From assembly GCF_964188315.1 (NCBI RefSeq), contig NC_135657.1:42346001-42410000 (forward strand): a stretch of DNA of 64,000 nucleotides, read 5' to 3'. The notes beneath the pieces are model-generated. The model ran no database searches. It saw only the letters and a program-made list of their open reading frames with translations, and was not told the origin of the DNA. Position numbers and translations under genes: made by a program. This DNA is from Podarcis muralis (taxonomy: Eukaryota). Below, in pieces: positions 51,464 to 64,000 of the stretch. Position 1 is the stretch's first letter, and every line of letters begins with the position of its first letter.

Positions 51464-51997
51464 AAGTGGTACCTTGGTTCTCAAATTTAATACGTTCCGG
51501 AAGTCCGTTCGAAAACCAAAGCGTTCCAAACCAAGGCGTGCTTTCCCATAGAAAGTAATGCACAATGGATTAATCCGTTCCAGACTTTTAAAAACAACCC
51601 ATAAAACAGCAATTTAACATGAATTTTACTATCTAACGAGACCATTAATCCATAAAATGAAAGCAATAAACAATGTGCTGTACTTTGCAGCTTTGATCCT
51701 TTTCCGCAGTCACACAGTCAATCAATCAATAGCTGAACTGGGTTCCACACAGTCACAAAAATGGAAAGAAAAAAAAGCCCCCCAAACAAAAACGCAAAAT
51801 AAATATCAAAAACAGACAGATCTCAGCGTAGCTCTCAGAATGGAAGCGTGGCACTCAAATCTGAAGCGTAACACTCAAAACGGAGCATGTTCGGCTTCCA
51901 AAAAAGGTTGCAAACCGGAACACTTACTGCTGGGTTTGCAGCGTTCAGGTTCCAAGTTGTTCGACTACTAAGCCATTCGAGAACCAAGGTACCACTG
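51464..51997 (+). mobile_element. Tc1/mariner (Tigger-like) element, family B, longer 534-bp derivative
   Basis: TIRs (C/A)AGTGGTACCTTGGTTCTC..GAGAACCAAGGTACCACTG with a TA TSD; no transposase ORF. Confidence 0.85.
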
Positions 51998-53415
51998 TAT
52001 TACTATTAGTATTAACGACAGTAGTAGGTTTTTTTTACCACTTTTCTGTCCACAAGAGCCCCCATGGTAACATCTTATTACAATCCAAAGATCATTGACC
52101 TGATTTTAACTTATTTCCAAATAAGCATGCTTAAAATTGCACCACAAAGGTAGTATTCACATGTGGGATTTAAATCATTTTATTTTTTCCTGCATCTGCC
52201 TAGAAATGTCCGTTTTATTTAAAAGCAGGTTTTCTTCTTCTTTCTATCCTGCTTCCGCAATATTCACCATCATATGCACAGATGGTTGGAATGGGGCTCA
52301 GTGGTCCTTTTAGTATAACATGTGAAAAAAGGGGCTGCATACACTATTCATAGCCATACTTCTTGCAGCGTTTCATCTTCCCGGAAATGGAACAATTTTA
52401 ATTTTCTAAACCCCAGAAAATTAAAACAATTTGTTTACTCAATATCATTTCACTTTTTACTTCCTTTGTCTTCAGTGTGAGATGGGAAAGTTAGCTCCTG
52501 ATCACTTGCTGTGAAAACTCTTATGGGACAATTTTTCTCAGACAATGTTTAATTCTGACATCTTGGCCAGATTCCAGCCTGGATAATTGCCCTCTGCTTT
52601 TTGATTCTCTAAATTCTCCCCAAAGTTTTGGACGGATATATTATTCTTGTTTGCATCTGTCCTGAACTGAAATGTCCCCCACACTGCATTCTTAAACGGT
52701 TGCTACTCTCCATCCCAGAGGTGGTTTTGCTTCAGCGATGGGTGAAGTTAATACTGTCTGCCTGTCTCTGAAATAAATCAATAAATTCTGCAATGTGCAT
52801 TGTGCTCCTTTGGGCTGAATAGGTTCTTTAAAATATAATATCCTGTTCTTAAAATGTAAAAACGGAAGGAAAGAGGACCATGGGGCCACTTCCAGGGGAA
52901 AGCTGTAATATAAGCACACAAATGTAGTAGCACTACATTTCCCTGGGGGTGTATAGTTCAATGTACTTTCTTACGGCTTCCCCCTTCTATAGACAGTGAA
53001 GTGGGGGAACTGGAAACCTTCCTTCCCAACCTTTTACAAAGCAGCCTACAACATCAGTGCCTCTGGATATTTTGGATCCCTTTTGCGTAATACTCCAAGG
53101 TGGCTGATCTTTGGAAATTGTGGACCCACCCCATTTAAATGCAGCACTCTTGAGATTCCTTACGCTCAATAGAGCTCTATCCCACTGGTTAGGAGGAACA
53201 GGAGGTCTGTGGCGTTCTCCCCAATCCACATCCAGCTTTCCCTTCTGATCCAGTGCCAGTGCATGAGTAACTTGCACCAAACAGTGGGAGAGAGCTGAAT
53301 GGGGATATACAAGGCGCAAACATAATGTGTGCAGGACCATGCACAGTGTTAAGTTTTCTGTGTCATTAGATCTGGAAGCAATTCTGGAGCTCTGTTATTA
53401 GTTAGTATAACTGTA

Positions 53416-53675
53416 CAGTGGATGCTCGGGTTGTGAACGTGATCCGTGCGGGATGCACGTTCGCAACTTGCAACGTTCGCAACTTGCAGCGGCGCATCTG
53501 CACGCACGCAGCTTCAATTTGGCGCTTCTGCGCATGCGCAAAGCGCGATTAAGCACTTCTGCGCATGCGCAACCCCCGAAACCCAGAAGTAACCCATTCC
53601 GGTACTTCGGGGCTTCGGTGGGTCCATAACTCAAAAAGACGCAACCTGAAGCATCTGTAACTCAAGGTATGACTG
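53416..53675 (+). mobile_element. Tc1/mariner MITE, family C
   Basis: TA-flanked; two perfect TGCGCATGCGCA palindromes (53529-53540, 53560-53571). Confidence 0.85.
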
Positions 53676-55063
53676 TACATAAATAAATTAGTTGGTCCTT
53701 TCCCACGGTCGGTCACCCCTGCAGTGTTTTAAAAGGTGGACATAATTTTGCACCTTTCTTCATAAGATTTGGGAGGAACTACAGTTTACGTTTTTTTAGC
53801 TGTGAGTGGTAAAGAAGCTGAAGAAAAAAACATATTCTTATACCTTAAATGACAAAGATTTCTTTCAGTAGTATGGTAAAGAATTCTTTTCACTAGACGT
53901 TTATGCTCGATTGCTACACACTTGAAACCTTGTGTGCCTTTTCTGACTTTAAAAGCATCCTTGGACTAATGTACAATTACTGTAATATCTAGTTTGGCTC
54001 AAAGACACTTGGTTTCTTGTTTCCAGATTCGGTACCACAGAAATCATAACATGTAAATAATTGATCGGATCAGCTTTCATTCCCCCCCTGGCCTAATAAC
54101 TCGGTTTCCAATAAAATGTGGACCACTATGAATAAACTATGCATGGATATTATATTTTTGATTTGGACCATGTCAGTTAAGATGTGGTTAGAAGGTTGCA
54201 GATTCTTTTAAATCATTTCCTGCTGCAGGGATTCAGTTTGCAAAGGGGGGATTTTTTACGGGGTTGGATCAAGAGAGAAGCCTGCCAAAGGGGGGACTAG
54301 TAGAAGCTGGATTCCTGCCCTGACTTCCCTGGCAGCCAGTCTAGGGTTGGGGGACATTCCTCAATACAGTGGGCTTGGGGCTGAGGGGGGAAGGGGAGAA
54401 TACCCCCAAATTGGGCAGATAATTTTTCCTAGTGGGGCCCCTGCTCATTGAAGGTGTCTCTGTCTGATTTTTTGAAACCCCCACTTTCACCTCAGCCCCC
54501 TACATCACAGTGACCTTCTAACCATCAGTGAAAGGTTTTTGGCTGATGGGTGAAAAGGTTCCTAAAGGGAAGAGTGGACTTCTCCTAGTTCCATTCTTTG
54601 GGCTTTTCTCTGGATCCAGCCCATGGTTTCTCTGTTAATACTCGCCATATTACCTGTCATATTTAGAGATAAACATCCAATATATTCTTATTACATTAAC
54701 GTGCATTTTTATAGGCTTTGAATTCCAGCCTTCCATAATTTTATTAAGCTCTTCTAAGGTGTTATCCCCATTGTACCTGTAAACAGGTAGCTTTAAATAG
54801 TATTTTCTGAGAACTGATTTGAAGAATGAAATCAACCCAAGTCCTCTTCTTGTGCTTCTGGGTGACACAAAACAGACAATCCAGCCACCTGCTTTGCTAT
54901 TTTACAAATCTTCAGACATCTTTTAGTTCCAGGCTTTTGAGCTATCATTCACACAACATTTGCAGAGTTTAGCAACAACTGCCTGATGGTGAGAGGTAGC
55001 AATCAACAAATAAAATGGTACATGCCTCACATTTTGTATCTTTGGGGTTGGAAATATATAGAC

Positions 55064-55199
55064 CAGGGTTTCCCAAACTTGGGTCTTGAGCTGTTTTTGG
55101 AGTACAATTCCCATCATTCGTGACCACTGGTCCTGCTAGCTAGGGATGATGGGAGTTGTAGTCCAAAAACAGCTTGAGACCCAAGTTTGGGAAACCCTG
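55064..55199. mobile_element. hAT-type MITE forming a near-perfect hairpin
   Basis: CAGGGTTTCCCAAACTTGGGTCT..AGACCCAAGTTTGGGAAACCCTG; 8-bp TSD atatagac / atctagac. Confidence 0.88.
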
Positions 55200-55288
55200 A
55201 TCTAGACTGCAAATCTGCCATTGGGCAGACATAAAGATGTTGGTGGAAGTTTCTGTTCACCCCTTGCTTTATGTTGCCTCCTCTAAAG

Positions 55289-55425
55289 ATTTTGACAAGT
55301 TAAGTGAAGAAATGAAAGATGGTCTTGGGCACCTTGCAAGGACTCTGCAGTTGTATCTGAAAGTGGAGATCCAAGAAGCTTCTCAGCTGCCACCTGCTCT
55401 AGATATTCTTCAGACCTTCGCAAAA
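55289..55425 (+). CDS. SMYD3: SMYD3 exon 5, (N)FDKLSEEMKDGLGHLARTLQLYLKVEIQEASQLPPALDILQTFAK
   Basis: 137 nt; acceptor cctcctctaaag, donor gtaagt; EIQ-x-ASQLPPA motif. No further exon was found before the window end. Confidence 0.96.
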
Positions 55426-57209
55426 GTAAGTGTTAAAACTGGATTCCTGGCAGTTCTATCATTTCCCATGTCCTTAATTTTTGTGTTTCATTCAAAGCCA
55501 TAATATATTGCCATATGTCAGCGTGAACAGTAAATGTTATGTTCCACTTTGGTAATTAAACAAATTCTGTGCCTGGGAGCAGTATCATTTACTTTATATA
55601 TATAAAATTGAATTCTTTGTTTTTAATTTAAGCAGCAAAGAATGGGCATATTAAAAATGAGAACGATGATAGCATTAAATGCTGATGTTGAAAAATGACT
55701 TGGAACTATTAGAGACAAATTCTATCCACCATAAGGTGTTGCTTTCTGGAAAAATTATCTTATGGTTTATGCTTCGCATTTTTCTTTTGAAACCTGTATA
55801 TTTCTGCCGAATAAAATCTGTTTGGCAGATACATTTATATTTTGTGTTTTTTCTCATGTTGATATATGATGATATGTCCCACAATATATCGGTGAATTCC
55901 AGAATTAGCTACGTCTGGCCATTCCCCCCCTTGATAAACCATCTGACACTTATATTTATTATAGTCAAACACTACTATCCTTGCAGTTGCCCACTTTTGG
56001 CCTTAGTTGAAGAGATGGCTTCCTAGAATAGTTTGGGGATCTTTTTTATAATAGCCATTCATTTTTCATTCTTTGGGCTGACTGTGCTGCAGAGGTTTCC
56101 TGGTGTGGTTGGCCTCTTAAAGCATTACTGATTAGCCTTTTTGAGTAGCCCTTCTTTGGTGGGAAATTTCCTGAGATCTGGCCTGTGGGGAATTTCCCAC
56201 AGCTGTTGGGAAGTCCGTGTGGCCAGGCAGTGGAAACTGAAGCAGGAGCGCGAGGGTCCACAACCATAGCCCCACTGGGGAGCGATGAGCAGCTATTTCA
56301 GAGTATCTATTTATATCTGGTTATTGGATATAATCAAATCAAAATTGACAGTATGCTCTAAAATGGGCAACTGGTTAATCTTTTAATGATTTTTTTTAAG
56401 AGTAACTTTTACTAACAAATTCTCAAAACTACTGATAATTTTATAATTCTCATTATTTTACAACAACTGATAAGTTGAAATAAGTAGGAACACTGCCATC
56501 TAATTTATTAGATTTTTTTCAGTGAAAATTCAAGATTTCAGTGAAAACTCAAGATTTTTTTTCAAGAAAATTCTAACACTGCTATTACATATTCCTGGCT
56601 TGTTGTTTTTTCAGTCTATAAATTGCAGTCTTTATTTGAGAGTGCAAAGTAGATACGTATAATTTAATCCTGAAATATTAATGTCCTGGGATTTAGTAGT
56701 TACATAATCATAATAAAACTGATGGAATGAGGTGTGAGTCATATTTCATCCACAAAAGTTGTGGGAGGAATTCAACATTCAGCTATGTTCCATGTACTGT
56801 CAGTGCAAGCATTTCAGCTTGTCAGATGAAACAGTCTCTCCCCGCCACCATCATTATAGCAGGAGACATATATGTGGAAGAAGGGCCTATGTATTTCAGG
56901 GGCATTGTTTTGTGGGGTGCAGTGTATGGGTGAAACATTATGCCCAGGTATATCACTTTATTATTCCCCATTGGAATGAATGAGAAAATGTAAAGAGGTG
57001 TGTTCCTTTAGAGTTTGGCTTAAACTGCTCCTAGTGACTAATGGTCAGTTTTCCCCTCCAACCCACTCCAAATATTTCCTACCTCACAGATTACTCTATA
57101 CTTTAGAACTCAGTGGGATCCACTGAGAACTGTGCTAACTATTTGCATAGCCCCACCCTCGATTCAATTTCTGGGTGTAAAAGAAAGATGGAAACAGCTT
57201 TTATATATA

Positions 57210-57451
57210 CAGTGGTACCTTGGTTCTTGAACTTAATCTGTTCTGGGAGTCTGTTCGACTCCCGAAACCATTCAAAAACCAAGGCATGGCTTCTGATTGG
57301 CTGCAGGAGCTTCCTGCACACAAGCGGAAGCTGCATCGGGCGTTCGGCTTCCGAAAAATGTTTGCAAACTGGAACACTTACTTCCAGGTTTGCGGCGTTC
57401 GGCAGCCGATTTGTTTTGCAACTGAGCCATTTGGGAATCAAGGTTTGACTA
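57210..57451 (+). mobile_element. Tc1/mariner MITE, family B, short form
   Basis: Both ends are homologous to 51464-51997 but the internal block is missing; TA-flanked. Confidence 0.8.
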
Positions 57452-60400
57452 TAATTTGATGTGTCTAGGTTGTCACTTGTTGAGCTGCATCTGTTGTGTT
57501 TTAACTATTTTCCAGGTTTTCTTCTTGCTATTTAAACACTGAGTTGATATAATTTTATTAAGCATAATATGCTGATAAAAATGATTTGTGTGTAGCTATG
57601 GAAGTCAACCTTAATGAATTTCATTTTTCCGCTTTGCCGAAAAACTAAATGCAATGAAGATAGTATTTTCAAAAGAAGTGTGCAAGTGTGCAGGTCTTAC
57701 TATACTTTGCAAAATTACTTTTAATCGATTTTCTGCCATTTTTTTTCATTTATGCATCCAGTGTCCACTATTTGAATTTTGAATTTTGCTGTTCCTATGT
57801 TGTAACTTGTATGCTGTTCCTTTAAGGGGAATAGCTTGGGAGTGACCAGGGAGAGGCCTATGGAGACATCTTTTTCTGAGTGATGGCAAAAGTGATGGCA
57901 ACTGGGTTTTCCTGCTCTTTTCTTCCTTTTATTTTCAGCTTGTAAAAGCAGAATTTAGTTGGTTGTAAGCAAAGGAAAAGAAATCTTTGTTACAGAAGTC
58001 AAGCTTACAGGAACCATCAGTCCTGTTAAGAAGACTTAGGCTGTTGCAGTATTGTGTATTCACTATACTATGTTTAATATACTGAGCTGCTTTTTATATG
58101 AATGACATGGAGGTTTAAGGCTCATTATGTCATAGAGAGCAATTTATTAACTTTTGAATGAACAAAAACAAGGAAGACTATCTGTGAGAGAAGTGAAATC
58201 CCATGTAGCATTTAAAAGATATGTTGTGAGTTTTACGTGGTGCTAGATGGACTCATGGTTTTTTATGAATGTAGTACCACCAGTATGTGATATCCTGTTG
58301 TAATATTGTTTTTCTGACTTTGCAACACATTCTTTTAAAGTTCACTGGATGCTTGCTGTAAGCCTAGCCTCCATTTTTTCCTTTCTGATCAATCAGAAAT
58401 TGTAGAAAGCTACAGTTGAAGGTCAGTCATAATCTGTTTGATGCTGTAACTTCAAGAACAAGAAGGAAGAGACAAGAAGTCAAAATAGAAAAACAAGCAG
58501 ACCTTCACTGAGGTGACTAATTCCTGACATTTTCTAGAAAGAGATTCTAATGAAACTGGCTTTAAAAAAGTAAAAATTGGCTCCTTAATTTGCCCCTGTG
58601 CTCAAGAGAGTTTTGATCAGATATGACCAGAGGCTAAAATCTGTTTTGGAAAATATATTTGAAACACATCCACAGAAGGTCAGTGAATGCATTTCAGTTT
58701 ATGAATATCAAAGAGAAAGCAAAGGCACATTGTACACAAATGAATGTTGTGGAAGGGAAAATACAAGGAGCAGTGTATGCAGGTGAAATAAAACACAATG
58801 ATTAAATGGAAAAGCAAAACAGAATATGAATATGCAATCTTTTAAAAATCATCTTTATTATTAACTACACACAATTGAGCACAAAAAACCAAAACACAAG
58901 CACTAAGTTGCTTCTTGGGGCCTTCACCTTTACCATGCATGAGTTAATAGTACTTTCTTTTCTTTGTGCCCTTGTTATCCACAGCCTAAATTATTACAAG
59001 TCTAGCTCAGTTTTATTGTTAAAACAACAAGGTCATCACAGAGCTCAGAAATAAACTGATTTCAGGCCACAGTAATAAAGCCTTATTAAGAATAGGTGGT
59101 CAGCACAACAATTTTTGTTTGCACATGGGAATTCCCCTCCCTGGCCTCTGTGCATTGCCGCCCTACCCCCCAAAAAATCTTCTCTGGTGGGTTGAGGGGG
59201 AAGTTCTGATACATAGCCAGAAGTTAGTGATAGGGCTGTATCATCAGTGATTCAGTTCACATTTAAAGGCAAACTTCACTAAGAAAGAATACGTGAACTG
59301 AAATACAGCTTTCATAATTCACTCTTCTCAAAAAAATTGCAGTGCAGTTCTCCAGCCGAGTAATGTGTACTAAAATGCACAAAGTTGGGTAAAGTGTGCA
59401 TAAAAAATGCATTTATTAGTGAAAATAACGTAAAATAATGCTTTGTACTAAGGGAAATGTCTGTATTAGGCAAATTAGCATACAAACATGTATATTCACA
59501 CAAATGCTGATGAATTTTCACGATGACTTTTTAAAATTGCAAATTGATTTGAAAATATTAAGATTTGGATGAATTAGAAACCGAAATTGACAGATTTGCC
59601 CATCCCTGATAATCAGTCTCCAGTAATTGTACTAAAAGATGGATGTAATTCAAGAACCAAATCATTCATGTGCAAATGAAATAAAAACGGGTGAAGGAAC
59701 TGACTAGTCTCACACCTTTAGTTGTAGGAATTATTTCAGATGGCCTTAAAGTAAATCAATGTCAATTGATACTTGTACTCCACAACCAATTTATCATGAT
59801 TGATCCTATTGAAGGCTGCTGTAAGGTAGACAAATGCCACAAAGTAGTCTTTTAGCATATTTGCTCAGCCAGTAATTAAGAACAAAGCATTGATCTATTT
59901 CCCCACAAGATGATACCCCTTCTTCTGGTCATGTACCTAATTTTGACCCGGTATCTTACAGGCCTTTTGGGTGATAATGACTAGGATCCAATTTGTTCTT
60001 ATATATCATTAAGATAATGCTCACCCTCCAGTCCGTGGGCTTTGTACCGTATTATTTCTATAGGCAACAATGCATGTTTGCTGTAGAGTTTCAACATGGC
60101 ATTAAGTTGTACTTAAACCAGGTATGTACAGTCCAATTCTTTAAACATGATATCACATGAGATCACCTACATGGAGGTATGTGAGTGTCAGTGGTATGGA
60201 TGCAACTCCATAGAAATCACTGTGTTCCAACATGTGATGATTTCACCATCTGAAATGTTCTATGTGAGTGGAGCCTGCCAAGTGGAGTAGATCTGTCCCA
60301 AGTCAGTGCTTCAACCATTGTGTCTGTGAATGTGTGTATCTGGATTGTGATGCGGATGTCAGTTTCCCACTATTTCCCAAAGTTATAAGATGTCGCTGAA

Positions 60401-61889
60401 GGTTTGATTGGAATTGGCCAATTGATGGCAGACATTCTGTATGATTTCTAGACATTTCTTAAAATATAAGCCTATGAGCCTCTGCATTCATAGTATACGA
60501 TTTTAGATATTGTGCTTTGGAATTAGTATCTGAAGTAAGTCAGCTGGCATGTGGGAGCTCTTAGGGAGTAATCTTATGCACATGAAGCTGGTGTAAATCA
60601 AGCTGGTTTAAGTTGGTGTAAGTAAGTCCTATTCATCAGAGTGCTGCTGCTGCTGCTGCTGCTCAGCTTAGTGTGGCAGAGGGAAAACAAGCCTTTAAAA
60701 TAGTGCTGTATGCCAGGTTGCCAGGTCACATAACCAAGCTGCACAGGCTCAATTTGTTTATGGATCCACAGGGAACCCCTTCCTCCCCAATATAAATAGG
60801 TTGGTGGCTGTTATTAGTCATGGGTTTTGGAGAGAAGACCAGCTGGCCAAGATTCACTTGAGATGTATTAAAACTTCACATCAGAATATTTTAGGGAGTT
60901 ACAAGCATGTGGGGTTGTCCATAGCAGTCTCTAGTTCATGACATACATCTATAGATAGTTAGAATGTCCTGGTAGGAGTCAACTGTCCATCAAGAAGTAT
61001 TTGTCAAGCTCTGCTTGAAGCAAGAACTGACAGACATCTAGGCCATTGCTTTCAGTATTGTTACCGGTGATGCATAGAAACCTGTGGTAGCAACCATGCA
61101 TTATGCAAATAGTAGCTTAGATATTCCTGTGTCAGTATAAGCCAGGCGAAAAGAGATCGCAATCAGTTCTGTTCTGTCTTATTTAGCTCCTGTAATGTCC
61201 ACAATATTCTGAAAGGCTTTTATCTTTATTTAAAATGTCAACTTGAAATAATTAATAAAAGATGCAATCAAATTTCCATTTAGCAACAGTTTAAAATGAC
61301 TTAATTATCTTAAGACCGCTCTCTTTTCATTACCATTCCTAGCACAGAGTTCTGTTGTTGTTTTTTTAATTTGCAGACTTACAGAGATGAGCTATAAAGA
61401 GTTAGCTAAAACTTGTTTAACTAGGCTTAGGAAAACAGATGGAAGTTTGCATGGAATTAGTACTCAAATCTGGGCTCAAGGTCCCTTCCCATTTATCAAT
61501 TTGCTGTGCCAACAAAAAAGAGCTTCCTTTTTTCATTTGTTGTGCATTGCTTCTCTCACAGCTACCTACTCTTCTGTTTCATGGATATCAGTATGCAATA
61601 TTTGAACATTGCAGTTATTCCCTTGATAATACATGCATATATTTTGCGGTTTTCACAAGAGTTACAACCCTGTATTGGTTGATGATTGTATGAGATATTG
61701 CCATTGCAGGATTTGCTTTCTTCAGTCTCTGGATTGTATCTGATTAAATCATGCTCAGAGTATATGCCCATTGAAATCAACGGACTTAAGTTAGTGAAGT
61801 CCATTATTTTAGCGGGTCTACGCTTGGTATAACATACAGAGCAATCCCCCCATTATGTCAGGGTGTTGCAGGGGGTTGTACTGAGCAAA

Positions 61890-62650
61890 GGTGTTCCTCT
61901 GCACAGCTCTACAAGTATTTACAGGAATAGCCAACTGCACAAATATAAGGTGGGGGGACACCTGGCTTGCCAGTACTGCATGTGAAAAGAATCTAGGGGT
62001 CTTAGTAGACCACAAGCATAACATGAGTCAACGGTGTGATGCAGCAGAATTAAATTGTTGTTGTTGTTTGCTGTAATAATAATGATAATGATAATAATAA
62101 TAATAATATGTTTCCGAGCACAATTCAAAGTGTTGGTGCTGATCTTTAAAGCCCTAAACGGCCTCGGTCCTGTATACCTGAAGGAGCGTCTCCACCCCCA
62201 TCGTTCAGCCCAGACACAGATCCAGCACCGAGGGCCTTCTGGCGGTTCCCTCATTGCGAGAAGTGAGGTTACAGGGAACCAGACAGAGGGCCTTCTTGGT
62301 AGTGGTGCCCGCCCTGTGGAACGCCCTCCCTTCAGATGTGAAGGAAATAAGCAGCTATCTTCTTTTTAAAAGACATCTGAAGGCAGCCCTGTTTAGGGAA
62401 GTTTTTAATATTTAATGCTGTATTGTTTTTAACACTTGATTGGAAGCCTCCCAGACTGCCTGTGGAAACTCAGCCAGATGGGCAGGGTATAAATAATAAA
62501 TTATTATTATTATATTATTATAAAGCTAATGCTATTCTAGGCTGCATCAGCAGAGGTATACTGTCCCCATCAAAGAAAGTAATAATACCACACTATTCTG
62601 CCTTGGTCAGACCACACCTGGAGTACTATGTCCAGGTCTGAGTGCCACAA
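61890..62650 (+). mobile_element. CR1 ORF2 fragment interrupted by a nested L2 3' fragment (about 62047-62520)
   Basis: KYKVGDTWLASTACEKNLGVLVDHKHNMSQRCDAA (to about 62046) resumes as [27 protein letters not shown] after 62521. The insert is an L2 tail with (TTA)n. Confidence 0.85.
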
Positions 62651-64000
62651 TACAATTGGACATAATTTGGAATTACGATGGTGGATTGAACCTTTCAGAG
62701 CTGCATTGATTTTAACCAAGATGTAAGATATCTGAACCAGAATTTGCATGTTGGTTCCTGAAACCAAGGAGCAGGATTTTGTCCATGTTTGGATACAATT
62801 GGATGCCATTTTGAATCAACACTGAACCTTTCAAAACCATTAATTTCAAAAGTGCACCTTTTTCTGTTCGTTAGAATGACTGAGCAAAGCCAGACTTTTA
62901 CCACGAATGCTATGATTAAACAGAAGCAATAGTAGGCCCTGCTCATGGATAAACTCTCAGACTGTTATACCACCTGTGTCGGAATAACATTGTCACCTCC
63001 AAATTACTACATACTTTGGGCAGTGATCCAAAGGCAGTGAACAACCACACAGGTATGGGTTAGTCAGGAGCCTGCCTCAGAGATCCTACAGGCTCCAAGC
63101 TGAGCTGAGGCTCATTCCAAAGGAGGCTGTTTTGCAGGCCACTTGGAGAAACACCTGAAGTCTAAAATTCTGCCATACACCCAAATTATCTAGATCCTCT
63201 CCAAACACCCAAATCTCTCAGTTATCATAGACACTCCCAGCAAAAATCAGTAGGTAGCATACATGAAACCTAGTTGGTATAGGGCACAAAGTACTTCTGA
63301 GCTACATTTATCACTAAACATATTGTTGGCATTTTTTTTTTAAGTAACATATAAATGGAAGAAATGCCTTGTACAATTTTAGGCTCTCATTTCTGGGAGA
63401 AAAATGATGATGACCTATGTCCTCTTTTGTCATCAAGTTTGAGAAATATACAAAACTCCTACTTAAGTCCATACTTGCTCATTGTATGCTGGGCTATATT
63501 TTGCTTTGTTTCATCTTTTGAAAACCAGATTTATATTAAGCCTTGTGAAGTTCTGTTGGAAACGAACGGAGACAGCAATCCTGGAAAACATTCTCTCTAG
63601 TGAATTGTGACAGCTGTGTCTTTTCTCAGCTTAAATCCCTTGTTCTATCCGTCTCTCCTTTATCTCCTAGTTTTTTGTCATTTTTTAACTTAACCTAAAA
63701 TCCAGGGATTTAAATATCAGAATTCTGAATGTAGCTGAATTTTGGCCCAAGTTCAGAATGAGCTTGAGCAGTTGTTGCCACTTTCTCAGTTTCATTTTCA
63801 TGGTTAATGTGAGCAATGCTTTATTATTATTATTGTATTTTTAAGAAAACGAGTTTATATTCAGAAACTGGAATTGAGTTCGGGAGAAATATCTCTGCTG
63901 TAATACTGTCTAGCTTTTCTGTAGCAGATTTGTGTCCATGTCAGTGATAAATATGGATTGTGCTTAGTGAGGTAGAGCTATGTGGGTTTCCTGTTTATAT

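Noticed and set aside
60234-60253. C/D-box snoRNA (GTGATGA..CTGA)
   Set aside because: The boxes are only 9 nt apart and there is no terminal stem.
1-64000. CRISPR array, operon or other prokaryotic or viral system
   Set aside because: No regularly spaced repeat-spacer array and no long intronless ORFs. The content is vertebrate exon/intron structure plus transposon relics.

Overview
Eukaryotic genomic DNA from a squamate reptile; the SINE, MITE and LTR repertoire suggests a lacertid lizard (inference). Two genes lie in tandem on the + strand. The first is the last three coding exons of TFB2M (724-3812). The second is SMYD3, with a CpG-island promoter and coding exons 1-5 (8990-55425) followed by the start of intron 5. 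All exons were reconstructed by hand with GT-AG boundaries and consistent phases, and SMYD3 exon 2-5 sizes (64/108/58/137 nt) match the human structure as I recall it. Most of the rest is intronic. It carries Squam3-like and Sauria SINEs, a tRNA-Lys/CR1-tail SINE, at least 11 Tc1/mariner-type MITEs, hAT-type hairpin MITEs, four solo LTRs with 5-bp TSDs, and L1, L2, CR1, RTE-BovB and Penelope fragments. I cannot support a new multi-gene system. The best leads are: (1) two sense-oriented solo LTRs with complete promoter and poly(A) modules that bracket SMYD3 exons 2-3 and could yield a MYND-only isoform; (2) a ~360-bp segment copied from 8 kb away and inserted between ~150-bp direct repeats beside the promoter; (3) an in-frame upstream ATG; (4) a MITE family carrying NRF1 and ETS/GABP motifs. 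Percent identities are by-eye estimates and no database searches were run.
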